Assembly: GCA_050298595.1 (NCBI GenBank)
Contig: JBNKUM010000062.1
Coordinates: 1 to 64,000 of the forward strand
Length of the DNA: 64,000 nucleotides
From: Gammaproteobacteria bacterium
GTDB lineage: Bacteria > Pseudomonadota > Gammaproteobacteria > GCA-001735895
Direction of reading: 5' to 3'
Of the stretch, positions 29,092 through 39,435 are shown piece by piece. The position numbers and the translations under genes are program-made. The notes below the pieces were generated by a model, which saw nothing but the letters and a program-made list of their open reading frames with translations, had not been told where the DNA came from and did not search any database. How positions within the stretch are numbered: position 1 is the first letter of the stretch; each line of letters starts with the position of its first letter.

Positions 29092-30080
29092 AGATATATT
29101 GATTGAATCTGGCCTTCCTGATCGAGTGTGTTATCAAGGTAAGCACGGATGTTAGCAAAAGTATTATCGACCAGTCTTTGACGGGCTTCTACAGCACCCC
29201 AGGCGTTATGCGGCGTGATGATAAGATTAGGCAGCTGAGCCTGTATAATTGGGTTAGCCGGGGAGGGAGGTTCCTCTTCTATACTATCGACAGCAGCTCC
29301 AGCGATCTGGCCACTTTTTAACGCATCGATCAGATCAGCTTCATTCACAATGCCTCCACGTGCAGCATTAATCAGAATCGCAGAGCTTTTCATCCATTCA
29401 AATTGTTGAGCAGAAATCAGGTTTCTACTCAGGTCAGTCAATGGACAGTGCAAACTGACAATATCAGATTGCATTAATAGCTCTTTTAATGGAAGCCTGT
29501 CTGCGTGTTGATGCTGAGAGGTTGTCAAACTTTGAGCAATGATCACCTTCATATCAAAGGCTAAAGCAATCTTTTCAACGGCTTTTGCAATGTGACCATA
29601 TCCAATCAAACCTATAGTTTTGCCTTTCAACTCTCTAATAGGGTGGTTCAACAGACAGAATTGATCCTGTGACTGCCACTTACCCTGCCTGATGTCAGAC
29701 TGATAATCCAGAAATCGAGTGTATAAAGCCAGGGTTAGCATGAACACATGCTGGCTGACTGCTGCCGCAGAGTAATCCTTCACATTACATACCTTGATGC
29801 CCAGTCTATTGGCGACAGCGATATCAATATTATTCGTGCCGGTAGCGATTACGCAGATCAACTTCAATTTGGATAACTGGCTCAGAATGTCTTCATCCAG
29901 CCTGACCTTGTTAACAATGACAATTTCAGCATCTCTTAGTCGTTCAAGGATTTGATGCCGAGAACTTTGGTCGTAAGCTATGTATAAGGTTAAGCCCTCA
30001 ATCGCTGAAAAATCCAGATCACCCAGATCGATACTTAATCGATCAAGAAATATACAGCTGGCAAGTTGCCTTTCAGTCAT
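29088..30080 (-). CDS. D-2-hydroxyacid dehydrogenase (glycerate dehydrogenase-like)
   Basis: ATGTNNID, GYGHIA, SLHCPL, INAARGG, TPHNAW. Confidence 0.92.
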   Translation of the reverse strand: MTERQLASCIFLDRLSIDLGDLDFSAIEGLTLYIAYDQSSRHQILERLRDAEIVIVNKVRLDEDILSQLSKLKLICVIATGTNNIDIAVANRLGIKVCNVKDYSAAAVSQHVFMLTLALYTRFLDYQSDIRQGKWQSQDQFCLLNHPIRELKGKTIGLIGYGHIAKAVEKIALAFDMKVIIAQSLTTSQHQHADRLPLKELLMQSDIVSLHCPLTDLSRNLISAQQFEWMKSSAILINAARGGIVNEADLIDALKSGQIAGAAVDSIEEEPPSPANPIIQAQLPNLIITPHNAWGAVEARQRLVDNTFANIRAYLDNTLDQEGQIQSIYL

Positions 30081-30091
30081 ACTGGCCTGAC

Positions 30092-30895
30092 TTACTTGGG
30101 GTTGAACTCAACGTTAGATTTTTCATGCAAAGCCTTAATCATATCGCGGATACTTTCAGAGGCTACCTTAGTGCTAAGCTGCTTTTTAACCGCTTCAAAT
30201 GAGGGTGGTTCGATTTTACGGGTTTCATTTAAGAGAATGACGTGCCATCCAAACTGGGTTTGGACGGGGGCGCTTGAATGACTGCCGGGCTTTAATTTAG
30301 TGGTTGCTTCGAAAAAAGGAGCGACCATATCGCCAGACTTAAACCAGCCTAAAGAACCACCATTTTTACCACTAGGACCGGTAGATATTACTTTGGCCAG
30401 CGCTTCAAAATCGCCACCCTTATCCAGTTGTTTGATTATTTCTTTGGCTTCTTCTTCAGTTTTTAGCAGAATATGATTCGCGTTATATTCTAACTCCTGA
30501 GAATCTGATCCATATTCCTGCTTATAACGTTTGAGTAATTCATCATCTGTTATTTCAAGCTTATTAAGGTAATTGTTCAGGTAATGCGATGCAATCAGGC
30601 CCTGGGTGTTATGCTTTATATCCAGCGCAAGGGTTTCATCTTTCATCATGCCTTCATTCTTTGCTGCCTGTGCCAGTAACTCAACATTGACCATTTCCAT
30701 CAAGGCCTGTTGTGGTGTGACTTGCTTTTGTTGGCGCTCGATAAAGTGCTTTACCTCCAGCATTGATATATCAACACCGTTTACACGGGCTAGTACGGGG
30801 TTTTCAGGTTGTTCATCTGTTGCGGCGAAAGATGTGCCGTAGTAGCAGGTGGACAGGATGATTAAACAATGTAGGAGTCGTTTCATAAGGATCAC
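30092..30895 (-). CDS. Periplasmic PpiC-type peptidyl-prolyl isomerase
   Basis: NHILL, GGSLGWF, MVAPF, VQTQFGWHVI. Confidence 0.92.
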   Translation of the reverse strand: MILMKRLLHCLIILSTCYYGTSFAATDEQPENPVLARVNGVDISMLEVKHFIERQQKQVTPQQALMEMVNVELLAQAAKNEGMMKDETLALDIKHNTQGLIASHYLNNYLNKLEITDDELLKRYKQEYGSDSQELEYNANHILLKTEEEAKEIIKQLDKGGDFEALAKVISTGPSGKNGGSLGWFKSGDMVAPFFEATTKLKPGSHSSAPVQTQFGWHVILLNETRKIEPPSFEAVKKQLSTKVASESIRDMIKALHEKSNVEFNPK

Positions 30896-30928
30896 TTATT
30901 ATTAGGTTAATGGATAGGGGTTATGGTT

Positions 30929-31228
30929 TCAGGGTAAAACCTTAATATAAGGTTTCACTTCAACTGATTGATACACAGATGATTTTATATAAGGATCATC
31001 GTTTGCCCATTGCTGTGCCAGTTCAAGCGAATCAAATTCAGCAATAATGATGCTACCGCTAAAACCTGCTTCACCGGGATCTGCACTGTCTATAGTCGGG
31101 TTTGGTCCGGCTAAAATCAGGCGACCTTCTGCCTTGAGTGCCTGAAGGCGAGCCAGGTGCTCAGGGCGAGCCGCCATTCTGTTGTGCAGGCTATTGGGTA
31201 CATCAGTGCCAACAATACTGTATAACAT
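30929..31228 (-). CDS. yciI: YciI family protein
   Basis: RPEHLARL, LAGP, GFSGS, DDPY. Confidence 0.93.
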   Translation of the reverse strand: MLYSIVGTDVPNSLHNRMAARPEHLARLQALKAEGRLILAGPNPTIDSADPGEAGFSGSIIIAEFDSLELAQQWANDDPYIKSSVYQSVEVKPYIKVLP

Positions 31229-31232
31229 GGTA

Positions 31233-31880
31233 TCAGGAGTCCTCTTTATCTGTGGTTTTGCTTACAGGTTCACTGGGAATAAATCGAGCCAGGTAAAAAG
31301 CCTGACCGATAACAAATAAAATGGTTAAGCCCATCAATCCGAAGAGCTTGAAATCAACCCAGATCTCCTCGCTGAAATTAAAAGCGACAATCAGGTTGGC
31401 AATGCCGGAAAAGATAAAGAAGGTCACCCAGGCCATATTAAGTCGTTTCCACACAGAGCTATCATCTATTTCCAGTGCATGACTCATCATGCGCTGAACC
31501 AGTGGTTTCTCTCCGATAAATTGACTGCCCAGAAAAACGATAGCAAACAACCAGTTAATTGCAGTGGGTTTCCACTTAATAAACACAGGGTCTTTTAAAA
31601 GGAGAGTTGCTCCACCAAATACCACCAGCAAAACCAGGGTGATGATATGCATCTTTTCGACACGTTTGCTAATCAAGGCGGTGAATGCAACCTGTAGGGC
31701 ATTTGCGATTATTGCTGTGAGTGTAGCCAGGTAGATAGCATGCTTGGCCTCTCCGGGTTGAATCTGCATGAAAGGAAACAATGTATTCACCGATAGAATC
31801 AATTCATCAGGCAGATCCAGATAAAACTTATAAATAATAAAAAACAGCAGAATAGGGAAAAAATCGAAAAGTTGTTTCAT
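31233..31880 (-). CDS. yciB: Intracellular septation protein A / YciB
   Basis: MKQLFDFFP, FIKWKPT, WVDFKLFG; start re-called to 31880. Confidence 0.93.
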   Translation of the reverse strand: MKQLFDFFPILLFFIIYKFYLDLPDELILSVNTLFPFMQIQPGEAKHAIYLATLTAIIANALQVAFTALISKRVEKMHIITLVLLVVFGGATLLLKDPVFIKWKPTAINWLFAIVFLGSQFIGEKPLVQRMMSHALEIDDSSVWKRLNMAWVTFFIFSGIANLIVAFNFSEEIWVDFKLFGLMGLTILFVIGQAFYLARFIPSEPVSKTTDKEDS

Positions 31881-32060
31881 GCACGTCAAGGAGTCACTAA
31901 AGAGGGCGAAGCATATCACAAAATTTATGGGTGATAGATTACAGAGTGCTGGATGATACTTACTTCATTTATTTCTACCGCCATTGTGCATAAAAATTAC
32001 CGCCAGGGTGGGGTACTGGGCTATACATGCAGATTTTTTATCAATATGCAATCAATAAGG

Positions 32061-32237
32061 TGTTGCATAAAAGCATACAGCGCCAGTAGCGATATTTAGG
32101 AGAAATCGTGCTGTTTTCGCCTGTTGGTTGCAAATTTGCAACAAAAATGGCACTGAATTGGTGATGAAAGAAAATTAGAAAGATCCAGTTCACAAAAAAT
32201 GTTGTTTTTTTATACATTGGGTGTTGCAAAAAACAAA
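32061..32237. promoter_or_regulatory. Four related TGTTGC-(A/T)-rich-CA sites upstream of the porin gene
   Basis: 32061 TGTTGCATAAAAGCATA; 32127 GTTGCAAATTTGCAAC (perfect palindrome); 32200 TGTTGTTTTTTTATACA; 32222 TGTTGCAAAAAACAAA. Confidence 0.5.
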
Positions 32238-32329
32238 TCATTGTGTATCATTATGTCCGTCGATTGGTATTCGTACCAGCACAAAAAGTAAATTAATTTA
32301 TTTTTCAAACATAATATTGAGGGTATCTC

Positions 32330-33271
32330 ATGAAAAAATTAGTAATCGCTTCTGCTGTTGCAGCAGTAATGGCTTCTAGCACAGTAATGGCTGACACTAC
32401 TCTGGGTGGTGAAGTTCGCTTAAAGCTTCAAAATCAAGGTTCAATGGCCCTTAACTCTGGTAAATTGACTGTTAAAATCAATGGTTCTGAAGATCTGGGT
32501 AACGGCATGACTGGTCTGGCTTACCTGGAAATGGAAAATGATAATGCTGATAACGAAACAGATACTTTCCACAATGACAAATCATACGTTGGTATCAAAG
32601 GTGATTTCGGTCAGTTGACTTTAGGTGCTCAAGGCGATGCAGCAGGTTTTGCCTGTGGCGGAACTGATATCTTTACTGATAACTCTGGTAATGCTTGTAG
32701 TAAAGGTGCAGTTAACGGAACTCTAGATAACGCTGTTGTTTATGTTAAGGGTTTTGATGCCTTAACTTTAGTTCTTGGTGCTACTTTTGATGGTGACTTG
32801 GGTAAAAATGAAATGGTTGATACTGGTGATACTCAGCCTGACCGTGGTAACCACACAGTTATTGCATTAAATTATGCAGCTGATATGTTCTCTGTTGGTT
32901 TTCAGGTAACTTCTCCTGATAGCGATGCTCCTGTATTGGGAAGTAATGGCCTTGATATTTCTAGCCTGACGGTTATTGGTGGTACTGTTAAGTTGGGTGA
33001 AGGCACTTTGGGTTTGACCTTTGCTGATAACAGTCTTGACAATGATAACACAGCAATGGCGATTGCATATGCAATGCCTTTAGCAGGCGGCACTATTATG
33101 ATTGGTGTTGATCAGGGTGATGCTCTGAAAAATGCAGCTGGTGACGATACTATCACTAACCTGGAATTCAAAAAGAAACTGGGTAAATCAACCTACGCTG
33201 GTGTACAGTTAAGTGATGATTCTCGTCAAGCGGATTCACTGTTCCAGGCGTACATGGGCTACAACTTCTAA
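32330..33271 (+). CDS. Gram-negative general porin
   Basis: Signal peptide, GSEDLGNG, SYVGIKGDFGQLTLG, C-terminal MGYNF; strongly biased codons. Confidence 0.9.
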   Translation: MKKLVIASAVAAVMASSTVMADTTLGGEVRLKLQNQGSMALNSGKLTVKINGSEDLGNGMTGLAYLEMENDNADNETDTFHNDKSYVGIKGDFGQLTLGAQGDAAGFACGGTDIFTDNSGNACSKGAVNGTLDNAVVYVKGFDALTLVLGATFDGDLGKNEMVDTGDTQPDRGNHTVIALNYAADMFSVGFQVTSPDSDAPVLGSNGLDISSLTVIGGTVKLGEGTLGLTFADNSLDNDNTAMAIAYAMPLAGGTIMIGVDQGDALKNAAGDDTITNLEFKKKLGKSTYAGVQLSDDSRQADSLFQAYMGYNF

Positions 33272-33298
33272 TTTAGATTTTTCTAAAATAGATCAAAG

Positions 33299-33326
33299 AA
33301 AGGGCGTCTCTGGCGCCCTTTTTTTA
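33299..33326 (+). terminator. Intrinsic terminator of the porin gene
   Basis: AAAGGGCGTC-TCT-GGCGCCCTTT plus T-run. Confidence 0.85.
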
Positions 33327-33407
33327 TGTAAGCTTCGGTTTATTAACTTTTATCGGGCAGTGTTGATGTTGAATCACATATTTTACTTTGGTTCTAATTA
33401 ATTATTT

Positions 33408-34031
33408 ATGGCTCAATTTTTCGAAATCCACCCTGAAAACCCGCAAAAGCGCTTGATTCAGCAAGTTGTCAAGACTATTGATGATGGCGGTTTGATTATT
33501 TATCCGACTGATTCCAGTTATGCACTGGGCTGTCATATTGGTGATAAATCGGCCATGGAACGAATACAGCGCCTGCGCAAGCTGGATAATAAGCACCATT
33601 TCACGCTGGTTTGCAGCGATCTGTCCGAGATCGGTACCTATGCCAAGGTGGATAATTCATCCTATCGCTTGATGAAAACCCTGACACCAGGTCCTTATAC
33701 CTTTTTGCTCAAAGCAACCTCCGAGGTGCCGCGTCGCCTGATGAACCCGAAGCGTAAGACCATTGGCGTTCGTGTACCTGATAATGCCATAACACGAGCT
33801 ATGCTCGAAGAGCTCGGTCAACCTATCATGAGTAGTACCTTGATACTACCCGGTGGAAAAGATGCAATGGATGATGCCGAATCTATACGTGAGCATTTTA
33901 AAAACCATGTAGATTTGATTATTGATGGCGGTGCCTGCGGCATTGAGCCGACTACTGTCATCAATCTGGTCGATGGCAATCCCGAGGTTTTAAGATATGG
34001 CAAGGGCGATGCCGAATTCCTGGATTATTGA
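33408..34031 (+). CDS. yciO: Sua5/YciO/YrdC family protein
   Basis: IHPENPQKRL, YPTDSSYALGC, PGPYTF, TIGVRVP. Confidence 0.92.
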   Translation: MAQFFEIHPENPQKRLIQQVVKTIDDGGLIIYPTDSSYALGCHIGDKSAMERIQRLRKLDNKHHFTLVCSDLSEIGTYAKVDNSSYRLMKTLTPGPYTFLLKATSEVPRRLMNPKRKTIGVRVPDNAITRAMLEELGQPIMSSTLILPGGKDAMDDAESIREHFKNHVDLIIDGGACGIEPTTVINLVDGNPEVLRYGKGDAEFLDY

Positions 34032-34043
34032 TCCACTATGAAT

Positions 34044-34131
34044 TAAACCACACAGCACACAAAGTACACAGAGAAGGCAAAAATGAATGGCATGCTTTTA
34101 CCTCGGTGTGCTCTGTTCGCTCTGTGGTTTA
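34044..34131. repeat. Intergenic 30-bp imperfect inverted repeat built of CACAGAG-like subunits
   Basis: TAAACCACACAGCACACAAAGTACACAGAG versus CTCGGTGTGCTCTGTTCGCTCTGTGGTTTA, 24/30 complementary. Confidence 0.75.
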
Positions 34132-34222
34132 TGTTTTTTACATAAATCGCTTTCAGTTAAGTCGATATTTAGCACCTAGATGCTTATAATGCCGACTATT
34201 TATTGCCTTCAGGAAAATCTTT

Positions 34223-35440
34223 TTGAACACCTTAGTTAGTCAGAATCAACGCGTACTTTCTGGTATGCGTCCTACCGGTTTATTACATCTTGGTCATTAT
34301 CATGGTGTGCTCAAAAACTGGATCGAATTACAGCATAGCTATGAATGCTTCTTTTTTGTAGCCGACTGGCACGCTTTAACTACGCATTATGAGAATCCTT
34401 CCAATATTGCGCAAAGTAGCGTTGATCTAGTCATCGACTGGCTGGCGGCAGGGGTTAACCCTGGCAGTTCAACTATTTTTATCCAGTCTCGGGTGCCTGA
34501 GCATGCTGAGTTGCATACCTTGCTTTCCATGATTACCCCATTAGGCTGGCTGGAACGTGTCCCCAGTTATAAAGACCAGCAGGATAGACTCAAGGATCGC
34601 GACCTGAGTACTTATGGTTTCCTCGGTTATCCACTGCTGCAAAGTGCCGATATTCTGATGTATAAGGCTGGGCTCGTTCCCGTTGGCGAAGATCAGGTCG
34701 CTCATGTTGAATTAACACGAGAAGTGGCGCGTCGTTTCAACCATCTTTATGGCAAGGACGATGATTTTGAAGAAAAGGCGCATACTGCTATCAGGAAGAT
34801 GGGTAAAAAGAATGCAAAAATTTACAATGGTTTACTCAAACGCTATCAGGAGCAGGGTGATTCATCTGCACTGTCGGTAGGGCAGGCATTGCTGGATTCG
34901 CAACAGAATATCAGTATTGGTGACCGTGAACGGCTTTTGGGCTATCTGGAAGGTGGCGGTCGAATCATCCTCCCTGAGCCGCAGTCATTATTAACCCAGG
35001 CCTCTAAAATGCCCGGGCTGGATGGACAGAAAATGTCCAAGTCCTATAACAATACGATTGCGCTACGTGAACCACCGGAGCAGATTGAAAAAAAGGTCAA
35101 AACCATGCCTACCGATCCGGCACGTATACGTCGTACCGATGCGGGTAATCCGGAAAAGTGCCCAGTATGGGAGTTACATCAGATTTACTCTTCTGAAGAT
35201 TTAAAGGCGTCGATTGTAGAAGGTTGTACTACAGCGAATATTGGTTGTATTGACTGTAAACAGCATATTATCGATAGCATAAAGGCCGAGTTAATGCCTA
35301 TCCAGCGACGTGCGCAAGATTATCTGGAAGATATCACCAGTGTAGAAAATATCATCAACGAGGGCTGCGAAGCTGCTCGTGATGTGGCGCGTGATACGAT
35401 GGAAGAGGTTCGTAAATCAATGGGACTGACATTACGCTAA
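34223..35440 (+). CDS. trpS: Tryptophan--tRNA ligase
   Basis: SGMRPTG.LHLGH, VPVGEDQ, KMSKS; TTG start. Confidence 0.97.
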   Translation: MNTLVSQNQRVLSGMRPTGLLHLGHYHGVLKNWIELQHSYECFFFVADWHALTTHYENPSNIAQSSVDLVIDWLAAGVNPGSSTIFIQSRVPEHAELHTLLSMITPLGWLERVPSYKDQQDRLKDRDLSTYGFLGYPLLQSADILMYKAGLVPVGEDQVAHVELTREVARRFNHLYGKDDDFEEKAHTAIRKMGKKNAKIYNGLLKRYQEQGDSSALSVGQALLDSQQNISIGDRERLLGYLEGGGRIILPEPQSLLTQASKMPGLDGQKMSKSYNNTIALREPPEQIEKKVKTMPTDPARIRRTDAGNPEKCPVWELHQIYSSEDLKASIVEGCTTANIGCIDCKQHIIDSIKAELMPIQRRAQDYLEDITSVENIINEGCEAARDVARDTMEEVRKSMGLTLR

Positions 35441-35473
35441 AGGCGTAATCATCAAAATAGCCGACGGTAAAAT

Positions 35474-36280
35474 ATGAGCGATTTATTTCAGGAAAATCAG
35501 TCCAATCAATCCGAGATGCCTTTCGCTCTGATTCAGGGTGAGCCATTGACGATGATCCCGCAGGACCTGTATATCCCACCAGATGCCTTGCAGATTTTTC
35601 TGGAAGCCTTCGAGGGGCCGCTGGATTTGCTGTTGTACCTGATAAAGCGCCAGAATATCGATATCCTGAATATTCCAATTGCTGATATCACCCGGCAGTA
35701 TATGCAGTATATTGACTTGATGGAAAACCTGGAACTTGAGCTGGCGGCTGAATATCTGGTGATGGCTTCCATGCTGGCTGAGATAAAATCGCGTATGCTG
35801 TTGCCTCGGCCTCCCAGTGAAGATGATGAAGATGATCCGCGTGCTGAATTGATCCGTCGTTTACAGGAGTACGAACAATTTAAAAAAGCAGCAGAAGATC
35901 TGGATGCCTTACCACGTGAAGAACGTGATATCTTTATGCCACACCCGGAAAGGCCCGAGATGAGTAGTGAGATTCCTTTGCCCGATGTGTCGATCAAGGA
36001 TTTGCTGGCTGCATTTCGAGATGTGGTCAACCGTGCATCACAGTTTGCCAGTCACCATATAGAACGTGAGCCTTTATCCGTACGTGAGCGCATGACGATA
36101 GTTTTAAGTCGTTTAAAATCGAGTGGATATACAGAGTTTAAGGATTTCTTTGAGGTGGAAGAAGGACGTATGGGTGTAGTGGTTAGTTTTCTGGCTATTC
36201 TGGAGCTGGTTAAGGAATCAATGATCGATCTGGTTCAGAATGAGCCCTATGCACCTATCTATGTTAGAGCTAGAGCCTGA
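35474..36280 (+). CDS. scpA: Segregation/condensation protein A
   Basis: FEGPLDLLLYLI, IKSRMLLP, FLAILEL. Confidence 0.96.
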   Translation: MSDLFQENQSNQSEMPFALIQGEPLTMIPQDLYIPPDALQIFLEAFEGPLDLLLYLIKRQNIDILNIPIADITRQYMQYIDLMENLELELAAEYLVMASMLAEIKSRMLLPRPPSEDDEDDPRAELIRRLQEYEQFKKAAEDLDALPREERDIFMPHPERPEMSSEIPLPDVSIKDLLAAFRDVVNRASQFASHHIEREPLSVRERMTIVLSRLKSSGYTEFKDFFEVEEGRMGVVVSFLAILELVKESMIDLVQNEPYAPIYVRARA

Positions 36281-36311
36281 TAAATAACACATTGAAAAAT
36301 TAGACATAAGC

Positions 36312-37010
36312 ATGACCCCTGAAAAATTAAAACCCATCATTGAAGCGATCCTGAGTAGCGCTGATCATCCTTTAAGCGTTGACCAGCTGTTTAATCTGTT
36401 TCATGGTGATATAGAGCAACCGGGCAAGGATGAAATCCGTCAGGTTTTGAATGAACTGGTTGACGAGTATCAGACACGTGGCCTGCAAATTAAGCAGGTT
36501 GCCAGTGGTTTTCGCTTTCAGGCCAACGCGGATTATTCTGTGTGGATTTGTCGCCTTTTGGAGCAAAAGCCGCCTCGTTATTCCCGTGCTTTGCTAGAGA
36601 CTCTTGCTCTGATCGCTTATCGCCAGCCGATTACGCGTGGAGAGATTGAATCCATTCGTGGGGTGAGTGTGAGTTCGAATATCATAAAAACACTGCAGGA
36701 ACGCGAATGGGTCAAAACACTGGGGCATAAGGACGTACCCGGCAAGCCCAGCCTGTATGGCACTACCAATACCTTTCTTGATTACTTCAATCTGAAATCA
36801 TTAAATGAGTTGCCCACGCTTTCAGAATTGAAGGATCTGGATAGCTATCATCCAGAGCTGGCCTTTAACGAAGATAATCTGGCGTCAGACGAACAGAGCG
36901 AAGAAACCGAAACCGAAACCGAAACCGAAGTTGAGATTGATCAGATAGCGGATAGTGAAGATGAAAATGAAAACGACGCTATCCTGGAAGACGACCATAC
37001 AACCTTATGA
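36312..37010 (+). CDS. scpB: Segregation/condensation protein B
   Basis: SRALLETLALIAYRQPITRGEIE.IRGV, YGTT..FLDYF. Confidence 0.96.
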   Translation: MTPEKLKPIIEAILSSADHPLSVDQLFNLFHGDIEQPGKDEIRQVLNELVDEYQTRGLQIKQVASGFRFQANADYSVWICRLLEQKPPRYSRALLETLALIAYRQPITRGEIESIRGVSVSSNIIKTLQEREWVKTLGHKDVPGKPSLYGTTNTFLDYFNLKSLNELPTLSELKDLDSYHPELAFNEDNLASDEQSEETETETETEVEIDQIADSEDENENDAILEDDHTTL

Positions 37011-37990
37011 TCAAACTCTCACATCTTGTGTGGCTGTTTTTACTACTACCAATTGCCGCCTTAAGCGGCTGTAGCGATAAGGGTAAGGAGTTAAAACACT
37101 GGTTGCACGAAGATACAGGTTCATACGGTGCCGCCATTAGCGATGACAGTCGTTATCTATTAACCGGCTCTATTGGCGGTTATGGGCGCGTATGGGATGT
37201 GGATCAGGGTAAGGTGCTGTACAGCGTACAGCATGAAAGCAATGATGAAGGCGGCATCATCGCGGCTGATTTCTCTGCGGATAACCAATATCTGGTCACT
37301 ATTGAGCAGCAATCCATAGCGCGCTGGCGTGTATCTAACGGAAAGCTGGTGGGTTACTGGTCGTGGCCAGATCTACGAGATGTCGCCATATCGGCTAATG
37401 GTCGTTATGCACTGATCGGTATGAAAGCCAATCAGGCAATCTACTTCGATATGCAGGAAGGTAAGATGGTGTATGTATTTCCGCACCATGAAAAGATTAA
37501 CTCGGTTGCACTATCTCGCGATGGGCGTTTTGCATTGACTGGTTCAGACGACTGGCATGCCAGTTTGTGGGACCTGAAAACGGGTAAGTATATCTGGGCC
37601 AGGAATATGCAATACAAGATTGCCCATGTTGAGTTATCAGACGACGGTCAGCTCGCCTTTGCTAATGCTTCGGTGGGACAGGCCAGAATCTATTCAACGA
37701 ATAAAGAGGGGGATCTGGTCAGTGAGCTGGATATCAAATCACGTGGAATGACGGTTGTATCTGCTGACTTTTCAGATGATGGTAGTCTGCTCGCGACGGG
37801 TAGGGCATCCAGAGGTATCGATATCTGGGATATTAAAACCGGCAAGTGCCTTAAAACCTGGTTGCCTAAAGTTAAGCATCTGGTGCAGCCAGACTCCGCC
37901 ACAATACTTGATTTAAAGATCAGTGCCGATAATTCACAATTACTATCAGAATCGTCCGCCGGAATCGGTCAGCTCTGGTCTTTAAAATAA
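37007..37990 (+). CDS. WD40-repeat lipoprotein
   Basis: LSGC lipobox; repeated ..S.DG..LTGS..WD units. Confidence 0.85.
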   Translation: MIKLSHLVWLFLLLPIAALSGCSDKGKELKHWLHEDTGSYGAAISDDSRYLLTGSIGGYGRVWDVDQGKVLYSVQHESNDEGGIIAADFSADNQYLVTIEQQSIARWRVSNGKLVGYWSWPDLRDVAISANGRYALIGMKANQAIYFDMQEGKMVYVFPHHEKINSVALSRDGRFALTGSDDWHASLWDLKTGKYIWARNMQYKIAHVELSDDGQLAFANASVGQARIYSTNKEGDLVSELDIKSRGMTVVSADFSDDGSLLATGRASRGIDIWDIKTGKCLKTWLPKVKHLVQPDSATILDLKISADNSQLLSESSAGIGQLWSLK

Positions 37991-38003
37991 CCTCTGGAAA
38001 ACC

Positions 38004-38789
38004 ATGCAACGTATTCAAAAATTACTCGCCCATAATGGTATAGGCTCGCGCCGTGAAATAGATCGCTATCTGCAGGAGGGGCGTATCAAGGTCGATGGTA
38101 AGCAGGCAAAACCTGGCGATCAGATCAGTGGTGGAGAAAAGATTACTCTGGATGACAAACCTGTTCGTTTATCCCGGCATGAAATCAAGCCAAAGATATT
38201 GATGTACCATAAACCCATCGGATTAGTGTGCTCACGCTCGGACCCGGAAGGTCGGCCAGATGTCTACAGCGATCTACCCAGATTACAGCAGGGGCGCTGG
38301 ATTGGAATTGGTCGTTTGGATATCAATACCTCGGGGCTGTTACTGTTTACTAACCACGGTGAACTGGCTAATCGTCTTATGCATCCCTCATTTGAACTTG
38401 AGCGTGAATATGCCGCACGCGTGCGCGGTCAGGTGACCGAAGATGCGCTTAAACAACTTGTTAACGGTGTTGAACTGGAAGATGGGCCGGCGAAATTTGA
38501 TTCGGTTACCGATGGGGGTGGTCAGGGCACCAATCACTGGTATCACGTGGTGCTGCGTGAAGGACGTAACCGAGAGGTAAGGCGTTTGTGGGAAGCGGTG
38601 GGTGTAGAGGTCAGTCGTCTGGTTCGAGTGCGTTATCATGAGTTCACCCTGCCCAAGTGGTTGAAGCCAGGTAAGAGTCGATTTCTGGAAGATATGACAG
38701 TCAAGAAACTGTTTGAATCTCTGCAGTTGGATTACGATCACAAGGTTACTCAACACGACCTGAAGCGTCGACATGGTCGCCGGAAATAA
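38004..38789 (+). CDS. rluB: 23S rRNA pseudouridine synthase RluB
   Basis: S4 domain, GRLDINTSGLLL, EGRNREVRR. Confidence 0.92.
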   Translation: MQRIQKLLAHNGIGSRREIDRYLQEGRIKVDGKQAKPGDQISGGEKITLDDKPVRLSRHEIKPKILMYHKPIGLVCSRSDPEGRPDVYSDLPRLQQGRWIGIGRLDINTSGLLLFTNHGELANRLMHPSFELEREYAARVRGQVTEDALKQLVNGVELEDGPAKFDSVTDGGGQGTNHWYHVVLREGRNREVRRLWEAVGVEVSRLVRVRYHEFTLPKWLKPGKSRFLEDMTVKKLFESLQLDYDHKVTQHDLKRRHGRRK

Positions 38790-39435
38790 TTCTTTTCAAC
38801 AGGTTTATCTCAGGCTTCATGAGTACTACGGACATCAGGACTGGTGGCCTGCTGAGGATGAGTTTGAAATCATAATCGGTGCCATCCTCACGCAAAACAC
38901 CAGTTGGACCAACGTAGAAAAAGCGATAGATAATCTGAAACAGCAGGGTTTTTGCAACGCGCCTGCTCTGGTTGAGCTGGAACTGGAGCAACTCGCCCAG
39001 TTAATCCGTAGCTCTGGATATTTCAACCAGAAAGCCCTGCGCCTGAAAATTATTGCTGCCTGGTATCTGCAGCAGGGCGGTTTAAGCGGTTTAAGACAAT
39101 TTGACCAAAGTGAATTAAGACAGCAATTACTCAGTCTGAAAGGAGTGGGAGCAGAGACGGCGGATGATATCTGCCTGTATGCCTTCAATCATCCTCTGTT
39201 TGTGATTGATAGCTATACACGCAGAATTTTTTCACGCCTTTCTCTATTAAGCTCCGAGCACAGTTACAGCAAGTTACAGCAGATATTCCACCAGCATTTA
39301 CCGGCTGATGCAGCTCATTATCAACAGTTCCACGCCCTGATCGTCGCGCATGCGAAACAACATTGCCGCAAGAAGCCGGTATGCGCTCTTTGCCCACTAG
39401 AGGTATCATGCGAATATGGTCAGTCGTCACACTAA
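38773..39435 (+). CDS. Endonuclease III-like HhH-GPD protein
   Basis: WWPA, GAILTQNT.W.NV, GVGAETAD, Cx6Cx2Cx5C. Confidence 0.9.
   Translation: MVAGNNSFQQVYLRLHEYYGHQDWWPAEDEFEIIIGAILTQNTSWTNVEKAIDNLKQQGFCNAPALVELELEQLAQLIRSSGYFNQKALRLKIIAAWYLQQGGLSGLRQFDQSELRQQLLSLKGVGAETADDICLYAFNHPLFVIDSYTRRIFSRLSLLSSEHSYSKLQQIFHQHLPADAAHYQQFHALIVAHAKQHCRKKPVCALCPLEVSCEYGQSSH

Noticed and set aside
36903-36929. (GAAACC)4 repeat in scpB as a phase-variation tract
   Set aside because: In-frame hexamer encoding ET repeats in a disordered acidic tail.
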